Shown here: one piece after another, positions 13,950 to 26,304 of the stretch
Layout of the letters: each line of letters starts with the position of its first letter
How positions within the stretch are numbered: position 1 is the stretch's first letter
Source: Raillietiella orientalis
Taxonomy: Eukaryota
DNA length: 64,000 bases
Assembly (NCBI GenBank): GCA_036172245.1
Contig: JAYWIR010000021.1
Coordinates: 930,001 to 994,000 of the forward strand
Reading direction: 5' to 3'
Program-made: the position numbers and the translations under genes
The notes under the pieces: generated by a model
Told to the model about the DNA's origin: nothing
What the model saw: the letters and a program-made list of their open reading frames with translations, nothing else
Databases searched by the model: none

Positions 13950-14400
13950 GTTCACATTGTGTGCACGTTTCCGTGTCCGAGAGCTCCACTTATTTTTCCT
14001 TGCAACCACGTGATCAGCGAAGTGCACACCTTCGTGTGACCAGGCGAGTCATTCCATGCCGAGTGCGCGTTTCCGCGGTAACGTCGGAGGTCTCCGTTGG
14101 AAGCAGTTGCCAGCAAGCGAAGATTTAACGTGGGGACGTCTGCCGTCTCGTGCGTTGGGAATCTTCGGTCTTGGAGGAATCCCTTCGCAATTTCCCCCTT
14201 CCTCCCCCAAAGTTTCCCCGCCCCGGCGTGCCCGGGTGGCAACCCCCAAAGTTTCCTCCGCGTGGGGGGCCGCCTTGTGGTTTGGCCGAAAGAGCGAAGG
14301 GGCGCAAGGCGACGTTTACGTGTCGCGTGCAGTGCAGCCAACTGCTTTTCGTGAATTCAGCAGAATTTCCGGTAGTGGTATTTTGCAGAGGGTGAATGGA
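13950..14400. promoter_or_regulatory. CpG-rich island in AT-rich context (putative promoter or structured RNA)
   Basis: Local jump in GC and CpG; duplicated motif CCCCCAAAGTTTCC (14204 and 14243); four C-tracts at 14194-14224. Function is inferred only. Confidence 0.35.
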
Positions 14401-17400
14401 AAACCGTTCAGAATTGTTATTGTTGCTGTTTGTGTTTTTCATTTTCAGTTTTGTTTAGTATCAGTTGGCAGTTCTCGAAATGCGATTAATCATGCCAAGG
14501 GTCGGATGCTTTGAAAGTTTCGGTTGCCTGCAAGTTGTCACCAGTTGAGTTTTGCGCGAAAAGTTTCTTCCTTGCAGTTCTATCGACTATCTCTGGTGAT
14601 CCGAAAGAAGGCTGCTCCGTGATCCGTGGGGCCTGTAACTAGTCTGTATTTGTCTTTTTTTTTTTACTGGAACACACATAACCATTTTTAATCGTACTGT
14701 TGCTGTTACCATTACAATTAAGAAGAAATCAGAAACAATTAAGAAAATATGCATTGCATCTTTGCTAATTTTTGTCATCCCATTCCCCTTGCAGAAAAGT
14801 GGCTTTTCGACTCATTACCTCTAATTTTTGATCTGCTATGTATCGTTGGCGTAGTTCTTAACACTAGCTGAACAAGCAATCAGAGTCATTGAACAAGAGT
14901 TGCACGAAAACTTTATTATGAAAGTGATTTCTATTTGGAATCGAGTTCCTTATCACTGCACTATGATCTAATTGCTCGTTTACCCCTCCAAAAGGCCATT
15001 TGAGCATGGGTTCTCTTGAGAGGGTACACCTCACACTAGGCCTTTTTAGAAAACAACGATTTTATTATTTTACTTTATACGCTTTTATATATAAATTCGG
15101 ACGCTAAACAAGAATAAGTAATATCCTCTTTATCGAAATAGGAAAGCTTTTTATTATCGACTTCTTTGCACCTTTTTTTTTTTTTTTTTAGTACAAAAAA
15201 AAAGGGGGGGGGGAGATCCTAACATTATCAGAAGTGGTGCATTGGAACGGATTTCAAAGGAGGCTTTTATTTGGAAAGCTTTTGAAAGTTGTTCTTCCTA
15301 ATGACTTTAGGATATACATGCATTCAAGTGGTAAGTGCCAATGTATGCTGTCCCACCAAAGTCACTTCTGCAGCCGTAGAAAATAGCCCAAGAACTGCAG
15401 ATAGGTATCCAGAAAAAAAGCTTCTTGATAGCATTTGCTTTGATGCTCGCCGACATCTTTGCAGTATCCGTGACAGAAACGGCTTCCTGAAAGCATCCCC
15501 CCCCCCCCCCTCTCGTATCAGGATGAGCCCATAGCATGATGATTTCGTCCTCTTTAAGTGGAAACTGAGCATCAAACTTTCCAAGTAGCAGTTGTTCAGC
15601 GTGTTAAACGTCGTAATAAATACAGGATCTCCGAGAGCTGAAGTGGTCACAGTCGAATCCTCGATCTCAGTTTCAGCCAACATAAAAGGGAAGAAATCTG
15701 AAGTGTTGTTCTGCATTCCTCCATTCACGACGCGTTGCTTTCCGAGGTGCACTGGAATGGTCACTTCACAGTCATCCAGCCAGACTTACTGCTACAGCCT
15801 TATGGGCATTTCGATCCTTCTTGCCTTTCGTGTGAACCTCTTAATGCTTGTTTTGGTTCAGTCGGAACCAAAACCACTCAGACCACCCGAATCAGAATTG
15901 CAATGCTATCAGGAAAGAACATTCCGTTCGAAAGAAATGAACATTTTTGCTCTTGATTGATTGTAGAACGCGTTGACGGACACTTCATTGATCTCGTAAA
16001 TGATTTCAGCGTTTTGTCGGTGAAAACTATCCTTTTTTGCAGACTGCGAACTTTCAGCAGCGATTGTTTTTGCCCAGTGCCAGGGTTCAGGTCAGTTGAG
16101 GAAACGGCAGAATTAGGAAGCAAGAATCGGAATATTTACAGAACTCCAGAAAAATGATGATGATTTCAGTATTGGATTTCACTTAGGATGGATGCGGACA
16201 AGCCTTACCAGATGAACTGCCAAGAGAATGGTTAGTCGAACAGCATCAGCGAGTTGTAGCAAAATACAAACTTCCTAACGAAGGCAGTCGACCTAGTCTC
16301 ACTTCATTCAAAATGTTTTGGCTAATATGGGGTACGACTGAATATTTCGAGAGGCATTCTTAGTGAAGACTTAGAATGTCCGTAGGACATTTCATTTCCT
16401 CACTACTTACTGAATACGTAATCATGCTTTTGCTATTAAGAGGTATGTGTGAAACATTTAAATAACACTGTTGATCGAAGTTTTTCTGTTAGGAAAGTCG
16501 ATTTAAGTACTGTTGCAATTGATTTCTGATCCACACGATATTACAACACGAGACTTCATTATTCCATTTAGCGAGCTTTTGTGATCTAATTCAGAATAAT
16601 TCATGAAAAATCATGGAGTTTAACGTGTTGATGTGTTTCAGTAAATTCTTGTACTGCTACCATTCGCCCACAGTTTGTGATGACTACCCTGTTTTAAGAA
16701 AGGTACATGGGTGCACAATCTGATAAACGCATGATTGAAACTGGGTTGATGACCTACGGTTGCAGAGCACATCAGCATATTCTACTGCAGACCAAGAACG
16801 CAGCAAGCCAAGATTGGTGCACAGTGAAGCCTGAAGCATAATCCGGAGAAATGGCTGCCCAGTATGAGTGAAAGTTTGGAGATAATGGCTGATTGAGTCC
16901 TTTTAGCAATTCCTTAAAGGCAACTATTTTAACCTTTTGTGAACTCGCAACTTTGAATTTGGAAATTGACAAGTTTATCACTTCATCTGCTGATGAAATT
17001 TCTATCATAAGACAAAGCAGAATTGGTTAGGAAACATAAAATGATAGGAAACAGTGGAGGAACTCTGACAGCAAAGAATCAACAGGATTGAGAAGGCCTT
17101 CTCAATTGCGCCTAAAATCCTGTTCACTGACTAAACTGAGTCACACTTTAGGATTACTGGCTCAAACTTTAAAAAGATGAAATACACTGTTGCATTTTGG
17201 AATGCATCACGTACAAACATTCATTTAAACAATTCTATGCAATTTAATTATGCTTTTTCAATGCTACAATCAGTGGCCAGTAAAGATTATCCATCGGCAT
17301 TCTAACTTTTAGCACAAAAAACCATGTGGAAGCAGATCATGAGGATATTCTGTATCATTGGCTAACCTGAGTCACATTTAGGATTGAGAAGTTGAATTTG

Positions 17401-18154
17401 TTTATCAGCAGATCGAATTGAATACGTACCTTTAAAATGCTTTTAAGTTCCTGAATCTATTCTTATGTAACACTGGAAAGTCTTTTGCAGTCATGCATAA
17501 ATCACTACAGTGAAGTAGACGCTCCACTGTAGTGTTTATTATAAATATTACCAATTCCTATATACAAGAATGCATTCTGATACAATGATTCACAAAAGTC
17601 ACTTTTTAAATACAAGGTGCTGGCATAGAAAGAAAGTTTTCACTATCAATTTGAAAAACAAAATTTAAAAAAATCATATGTATTTACATTTGCATTTTTT
17701 GCAATCATACAACCAAATGAATGGCATTAAGAAATACTTCAAAAGTGCATTTCCTAGCTTTCCTTTCACGAACATTGCCCTTATTGTCAAAATTGTTGTG
17801 CACTGAATTTTATTTTTGGTGGAATTTCTGTTTTATTTGCGGATTTCTTCGTGCAATTCTCAAGGGACCCTGCATTACTGCTTCATGATTTAATAATCAA
17901 TTGTGCTTACACTGACAAATGCATTCTTACGAATCTTTTAGGTTTTTACTAAAAGAAAAACGAAGGAAGGAAAAATGTCAAAAATTTCGTCATCATCAAT
18001 TTGGGGATGTTCTTTCCTTTCCAAATAACTCCTTTTCTTGCACAAATTTCAAATTTCGTGTGCTATTTCGATCACCACACCTTCGTTACGTTTTGAAAAT
18101 AAATAACCATAAACAGAACTAATACATTCTATTCATACTAACATGCTAATGAAA

Positions 18155-18445
18155 CTAATAATGTTTTAAATGATGGCGAACAACAAAAAATGGCAAACCA
18201 ACTGCTGAACCAACAAAAAGTGTGAAATACAAAGTTAGTTTATACTTGTTCTTGAGGCTAAACGGCAAAGTCTGAAAGATTTAAATGAGTGCAGCAAATA
18301 AGTTCCAGGCACTTACAGATCCAATATAAGAGATTGGAGTGGCATCATTGGGATCATGATGATGATCCCCCGAGGATGCAACCGAAGATCTGAAGAATCT
18401 TCTGGTCTGTAAACTAAGTCCATACTTAAATACCTTGCTAGCCAT
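18155..18445 (-). CDS. COX7C: Cytochrome c oxidase subunit VIIc
   Basis: Exons 18445-18317 (MASKVFKYGLSLQTRRFFRSSVASSGDHHHDPNDATPISYIGS, presequence-like) and 18271-18155 (TLPFSLKNKYKLTLYFTLFVGSAVGLPFFVVRHHLKHY*), matching the COX7C pattern LPF..NK...GS...PF.VVRH.L; 45-nt GT-AG intron. Confidence 0.92.
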
Positions 18446-18870
18446 TTTCTGGCGAAAGAATACGGAATACCGAAGAAATTAGTAAATCAATACGGCAGAA
18501 TTACGTATTGAATGATACGCTTACATTCTTAGAAGTTTTAAAAGAAAACATTCGTGTTAAGACATACACACGTACACCTCGACTCTGGCACACATCTATG
18601 CACGGGAAAGGAACACAATGATGCGCGCGTACGCACGCAAAGCGACGCGAGGAGAAATGGCCTTATCTTTCGTACTTGGAATTTGTTGTAACCGATTTTA
18701 CAAACAACAACTGCCGCAAATAATATACTTGGAGAAAACTTTACCACTCAATACACATAGTTTTCCCGCACACTGCTGGATTCAGCTTATCGAATTGCGC
18801 TACCATTGATGCGTAATTTGAACTCTTCAGTTCTCACAGCTCCCACACGACCACGCACTTTACTGCCAAC

Positions 18871-19077
18871 GGCTCCGGGGCGGAACGCAAAGCTCCCTTC
18901 GAGGGACCCCCAATTCCGTCGGGAAGCTGCACCCATTTCAGAAGCCCCACAGCATCCGACGAGGCCCACGCGAGACCCATCGGAGGAGGGGGGAGGAGGA
19001 CTGCAGGCCGGCACGAGGCTCCGGGGCGGAACGCAAAGCTCCCTTCGAAGGACCCCCAATTCCGTCGGGAAGCTGCA
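18871..19077. repeat. 61-bp direct repeat, two copies (18871-18931, 19017-19077)
   Basis: GGCTCCGGGGCGGAACGCAAAGCTCCCTTCGA(G/A)GGACCCCCAATTCCGTCGGGAAGCTGCA, one mismatch, 85-bp spacer. Confidence 0.95.
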
Positions 19078-22000
19078 GGAGCTTGCGTGCTCGAACTCTG
19101 CATCAAATTTCAGAAATTGGTAAATCTGCTCGAGAATTGAAACGAAGATAGAAATCGATAAGCAAAGTCACGATGAGGGGGCTGGAAACCGGGGAGAGGG
19201 TGGCATACCCTTATTCACAAAACGGTGCCAAGTCGATCGGCTGGCAAGTGGCAAGTCTCGAATGGAAAACAAAAATCACTGAAAATGAAGTTTGGATGGG
19301 CATAATGTCGAATGATGAAGGCAGAGCTGCCTAAACCGAGTCACATTTAATGCAGCCAAAGGGGTGATGTTCAGGAAATCTTACTACTAGTTAGGGAATG
19401 GTGTTACGCTTTTTTCCTCTATCTGGAATTTAGCTGAGGGGTCAGGCAAGATCTCAAGGAATGAATTTTTAAACAGGACTCGGAAAAGTGCGATGAGAAG
19501 AGCAACTTTGCACTTTCTTTAAAGGAGAATAACTCTTACAAAGTGAGATCGAATATTCATTGCATGCACTAGAAAGTATGAGAAAGAAGATGTGAATTAG
19601 TAAGTTGAACACCAGTGCTATTAAAATCGAATTGCTTGTTTGTACATAGTATTGTATTAATTATACATCTGAGAGAACTTTATAGCTACCCACTATGAAA
19701 TGGAAATGTCAGATGTGATCTGTGAAATGTGATCATGGCTGAAGAATTGAGCTCTGGCATGCTACTTCAGTATACTGATTTTTAAAAATCAATTTCAAAT
19801 CTATCATCCAATGTATCCACATGAAAAAATCATTTTCTACATGGAAAGCATGAATTCCTTCAAGGTCACAAAGAAGTTCAAATATAAATATTTTATCTTC
19901 ATTTTCCTGATGGAAACTCCTAGCTGGAAAATGTCACCTGCACTCGAAGAAGGCATCAAGCGTTGCCGGCTGTAAACATCCACAGGGAGGTAGCTGCAAA
20001 GAACACTTTTTATGGTGACATCTTTTCTTCTTCTTCTTCTTCCTCTTTTTTTTTCCCTATGATGATGAATCGTCCATGCTTAAATTCAGTTGTGAAACAT
20101 TCAAGGATAACCTGAAACTTCTGAATCACAGATTTGAAGTAATGTCAAGTGCACGGTAATTAGATCCAGAAATTACATGAGATGATGCCTGCTTTTCAAA
20201 AGCTCCATCAAAAACATGAATGTAGAGAATTTTGTCACGTTACTTTTCATCATAATAGCTATCAGAAGTTTTTGAGATCATATTTGGAATGTGCACCCAA
20301 CTCAGTGATTCTGCACACATCAAAGAATATGATATTCTGCATTTGCTGCGGCTAGAAATTGCCAGCAGCTTCAAATGGCTTTCTGACCAAGAACTGTCCC
20401 ATACTCATCTTTCATGGAATGCTATGTGTGGGAAATTCCAACTGTGCAAATTATTTGAATAGAAATTCAGCTTTTGTTCCAAATGAAGGTATATTCTATT
20501 CAAGAGGATAAGTGGACTTTCCTTGGAGCGTGCATGTGTGAGTGGTACCAAATTCTAGATGCCAGTTCAACGATTGATCCCCTCGATGATGGATATGCCC
20601 AACTTGAAATTCTTATTGAATGAACAAGTCTTTTATTTTCCAGAATTCCACGAAATTTAGTGGTAGAATACTAGAGTCCACGAGAAACTCTTGCGCGTTC
20701 ATGTCGCATGTATTTAAAACAGCTCTCTCTGCCAATGCCAACGAAATACAGTCCAATAAATTCCCTGAGAGAAACGGCCCGAACTGTAAGTAGCGCACTT
20801 TTAGCAGTAAAATTGTGGTGCCTGAACCAGAATCAGCGATGTTGTGTAAGCCTCTGACAAGGAGGAGAATCGTGAAAGCGGAAAACGAAGCCGTAATAAA
20901 AGCCACGATAAAATCAGACGGTCCATTATTTTGGCCCCTGTTCCGATTTGAAAAATCCAAACACCAGTGTTTGTTCCCAGCCAACCACGGTGTTCTGTGC
21001 ATCTTCCTAGGTCGCAAATCTCCTTTGCCGCACATCCTTCACCTCGGCAGGGTGCTTTCAGTCTTCCACACAATTTTTATCAATTTTTCTTCGAGTGACC
21101 TTGCCCTCATCATTGCTGCACGTACCTCACAATCAACAACACGAAAGCTTATCGAATCACTGACCTCAAGAGCAAATGGTAATTCTGTTATCCCGGTTTC
21201 ATTGCAAAATCGTCACATTGCTTAGGAGAAAAACCAACACTGAAGCCAGCCACTACATCGGTATCTATTACCTAATAAGTACTTGATAATCTTCATCAAC
21301 ATGTGAAAGTGAGTAACGTTGCAATTCACAGCTTTGGGTGGGATGTTGTGTTGGATGTTTTGAAACACGAAAACATTGCTTGGATGAAGGATGTTAAAGG
21401 ACGTCTAGAGGATGGTACCTCGAAAGCCATTGATAGCGGTGCATGTAAAATGGGGTTATTATGTTAAACAGTGTAACAGTGTTTCCATATCAGCCCGCCG
21501 TAAGGGCAACGTTCTTCCAAGTGATCCTCTGAGTGACTGCCATAAATCATCGAGCAGAAAAGGGCTCCTCAACGCTGTAGAAAAACCACGTCGGATCAAA
21601 GTCAACGTGAGCCGACTGCTAAATGGACAAAGAAATCGCAACACCACCAGCAAAGAAACGAGAACAAAGATCCAGTAGAACATCAGCCATTCGACAGTGC
21701 ACCATAATGTACAAAACATGAAATTCTCGTACTCACACTATTTGTTTCCGATTAATGTTGAAATGAAAAGCAACAAATCAAATGCCTTTATTGACTTTCA
21801 CCAATGATTTCATGAGGTTTCTTCAGAATCCCTCGAGTTCAGGGGGCTTTTTATGTCCAGATTTCAGATTACACCTTCTGGCAAGGCTCCTGGGAGCATG
21901 GACTGAAATCGTAGTATTTTAATGTCCATGGAAAGAGTCCATCATAATAAGTCCTTGTTACGCAATGGTTTGCCGCAAAGTCCCACAATTTTTTTAGAGC

Positions 22001-25000
22001 ATCTACAGAGAAAAAAAGATGCTGCTAATGAAATCGTTTTCGTTTTCAGGCACAACGATGCACACTTGCAGCTACTTTTTTCATAATTTCAGTGTGCTTC
22101 ATTTCATTAGCATTCTTCATCAACTTTTTACCATTTACAACTTACCGACCGTTTCCATCACATGTTTTCTCATGAGACTTAAGAGTTCTTAATAGTAATA
22201 GCACATCATCATCCAGCACGTGTGCCACTTGCATGTGGGGGAGGAGGAGCATTGTGAGCACATATAATAAGCTAAAGAGTACATTTTTTCTTGAGATGCT
22301 TTTCAAGTTTCTTATCTCATTTGTGATGAGTACATCTCGAGCAAGCTTCGGTCCATCAATTGAGATGGTTCAGAATTCTGTGTTCTATCATTGGTTTCGT
22401 TGTAGTGCCGGCTAAAACCGAAGCTTGGCTTGATTTAGGCGATGTGCACGCGAGGAATACTTGGGTTCCGTACTTCTACTCTCTGGAAGGCATGACGGCA
22501 GGAAGGAATCTTCTGTCCGTAATGACGAATGGTGTTAAAGAAAAAGAGTAATATGACACAGTAAGTGAGTATTCTCATAAAAGTTCATCCCTTTACTTAT
22601 TGAAGCATCCTTTCGGAGGAACAGCACAAGTCCCACAGGAGGATTCTGGAACCTGAAGAAGGAATAGGATCTGTGGATACGAATGCGATACAGACGGTAG
22701 ACATTGGTGGACCAAATCCTGAAAAAGTAGCAACTCGTAACGCTGAAGAGATACGGAAGACAGGACAACTAGACAGAAACATCTTGCGTAACAAGATTCG
22801 AGGACTTTTTAGGGCGTGACGGCTCTTAACATGGCAAATTGGCGTGGTCATCGTGGCCCTTCGACGAAGCCGAAAGAGGAGAGGGATTTATTTTCACATT
22901 ATCAAAAGAGAAACGCCGAAATTGATGATCAGGAAAGCGGTTACATTTTTATAAGGAATCCGACTTATGGCAATGTTGAAGACAGAGTGAAGGAAAAACA
23001 ACGGTTTCATTTGCTACGATCACCATTTCTGCAGATTTTCATCGATTTGCAGTGACCACATCGGCTCACTGTTCAAACGAAACATTTTAAGAATATCCGA
23101 AAAAGTGTAAACCCAAGGATTCAACGGTATACCATTTGCTTGTCGATAGGAGCAGAAATCCCTGCAGGAGGAGACGTCGGCATGCACAGGTAAGCCAGCT
23201 GCTCAAGGAATTTGGGAGCTCTGATGGAGCTCATTGAAGCCTTGTCTTCATTTCGCTGTTGAGAACAGGAAGAGGGGGGAGAAGGAGGAAGAAGTTGTCA
23301 AGATGTGGCTCAAGCCATTGACATTCATATATACCTTTTTCGCACACACCTCTCGCTTTGTGTGGTGCTGCCCAAGCACTTTTCATGGAATCAGCCATCT
23401 GAATCATGGATGTTATCTTGTAAGCGACATAGGCGACTCCTGTGCAATTTGTTGTAGTGGTAGGAGGCGAAACCTGGAAATGTGGATTCCCTGAAAAGAC
23501 AGAGTCAACAAGTTCCTTATCTTAGTTGCTGCTGGTTTCCTTAGAGAGGTCCCCATCTGGCAGTTGTCATGCAAGGTTGTACATGTGACCCAATACGGCA
23601 ATCCAACACGGAGGCTTCTTAGATAGTTTGTTGATTGATTCATTATTTAACCATCAGCTGTAAGTATCTGATTTTTCGCTTTGTGAATTCCTCTGAGTTT
23701 AACCCATCTCCAGTTTTTCAAAATTTCTAAAGTCCAACTAAAGTTGCAAGATCGCTCAATCGTTGTCATATAATTATTATGCATTTACATGGACATATTA
23801 AGCCATAAATGCAACGATAATTAATGCAACGGTGTGATCTCTCATGCAGTTCTTCAATCGGAATTTTCTTATCTCCTGATATAGGAGCTTTATGAATAAA
23901 AGATATTCAGATGTTCCCAATGTGCTGCGAAGCTCCATTCACTTCATTTTGTTCTCCTTTTCGTGGATATTTTTGCATGACTCCTCTGTCTTGACCTGCT
24001 AATCTCAGGGGCAGCTGTCTAGAATAAACTTCCTCCTCTGCGAATCGAATACAAATTGATGCGTCTCAAAGATAAACAAAGGCTCGTGCATTTGCGGTGA
24101 TTTATGTCGATATGTTATTACTGTTTCCTTTCCAATATTGGTATTGCTCTTCTTACTGGAAATTTAGCGTCAGTATTCCGATCACCTCTACGTATTATTT
24201 TATCAACCAAAGTGCTACTTAAAACACTGAACGATGTCGAAATCAACTCTGCCAGAATCATAAATTCCATATTTTGAAGCTCCTCCAAATAAGAAATCAA
24301 TTTTTATTCAAGTTGCCGTTACATTTAGCATTGAAATTCATCCTTCATTGTGCAGATTCTCTTTTGTTCCTTGTATTCGCTCCAGGAAAACCTTATCAGC
24401 TATCATTACCATTCACATCAATGATCATTTGATGTATGTTTTCCTTTGCTTTGTCACGGAATCATAATAACAAATAAGTTACAGCTTTCGGCAATTGGGC
24501 AAATATTACTCCATGTAAACGGTGATGTTACCCGCGATGAGAAGAATTTCTTGGCACGTGCATCATGGGAGATGGTCTGACATGGATCAAAGCACTCTAG
24601 TCACTACATGCAAGGACACGCATATCAGCTTCCACTCCTTAATTGCAGTTATGTTCGTTTAGCATTTTCATTTTGAAGTGTGATCATGAAGCCCTGGTTC
24701 CTAGTTATTCAATGCGATATCTCTCTCTCTTTTTTTTATTTTTTTTCACAATTACAGAAGCATTGTGAAAACCGTTCAATTTATTTCACGTTCAGAAAAA
24801 TACTCAACAATCCTGACAAGGTTTGATGCCATTTTCCTTTGTCAATCTTATATTGTGTAGGATTTTTCAATTGTAAAACATTAATTTGCTTGTAAAACAT
24901 AAACTTCAAATATTTAAAAGATATTTTCATGTTTCGGTAAGTAGAATGTATCTACGATATTCCTCAATAAACGAATCCGATTTGAAGTTCTTAAGCCCTT

Positions 25001-26304
25001 TCTTAAAATACCAAATATACCTCGATTTTTTACCATCCTTCAAAATTTAGCTTATTTTACTTTCGTAGGGATAATTTATTTGTAACGAAATCAAGTCTCT
25101 TGAATATTCCTTTTTATTAGTCTAGTGTAATTTACTTTGTGGTGTTGCATTCACTGAATATTTGCTCTACAAAATTGAGGTAACATTTTTCGGAGTTCTT
25201 TTGTTCTTGATTCTTCATAATTCTAAATTTTTCATATATTCTACGATTTCACGTTCGGAGAAATAGACCAACTTTTGTTTGGCTATGTTTGTGAACTTCA
25301 ATACTCTTCTTGAGTTTACAGAGTCTTGTGAGAAATGTGTAAACAGACGTAAACCATTTTCTTCTCAACCCCCTCAAATGCAAACTTCTCTTTCAGATGT
25401 CTTAGAGTTCTTTTAAAAGATGTTGAAGAACTTTTAGTGAATTTATTATTATTATAATCTTGGAAAAAAAGCTGAACAATAATCTGAACAGTAGCACGTT
25501 TATGACGCTAAATCGTGGATTCATCAAGATGATTTTTGCATGCCGTAATCCTGATCATTTAATGATAAGAATTATTTTATTTACTTTAAGTCTTTTCCAT
25601 CCTTTTATGATGAAAATACTTTTTTAAATTTCGATCTATAACTTTTTATTGCGATATTCTTAGTGGTCTCACTTATACTAAGTATTGTAAATAAAAATTG
25701 TTGATCTCATTTGGTTTGAAAGAGTACTTAGTACTTAGCACCGAAGAATATGGAACTCATTTTCCAATTTAAACCTGCATATCAAAGACTGATTCTTTGT
25801 TTACTTTGTGCCTAATTTTTGGTGAAAAGTTAAGCGTGTTTTGGTTTGCGGTTAGAATAAAGAAGTAATTTTGTATTGTGTAATGGATTGATTATTTGAT
25901 CGTTCTGTATATAGTGTTACTATGATTATCATAATACTGTTTTATATATTAAACAATTTTTTACTCGTACTAAAAATCGGTTTTACTTGCAGGATTTTTC
26001 TTCTTGACATTTCCGTGTTGCAATGTGTAAGTATTTCATTGATAAGCTTATTTTTTTTATGAGTTTAAAAAAAAAACTGATAATAATTAATTGAAAAAGA
26101 GAGAAGTTTGTTATTTTTTTGAACTTTCGTGATGATATGAATACTACATATTTATGTCATTCAAAATCAGATGGCTATTTTGCATCTGGGTATCGGTTTT
26201 GTATTCTTATATTAATATGTAAGAAACGAAAGCTGGCAATCCTTTGTCAGTGTTTGACAAAAAAAAGGAGCATAAAGGACCATGTAATGAAGTATAGGCA
26301 GAAA

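Noticed and set aside
15533..15570. ATGATGA...CTGA box C/D pattern
   Set aside because: Too short for a snoRNA and no rRNA-complementary guide recognised.
18871..19077. Repeat-spacer-repeat as a CRISPR array
   Set aside because: Only two 61-bp copies, eukaryotic context, no cas genes.
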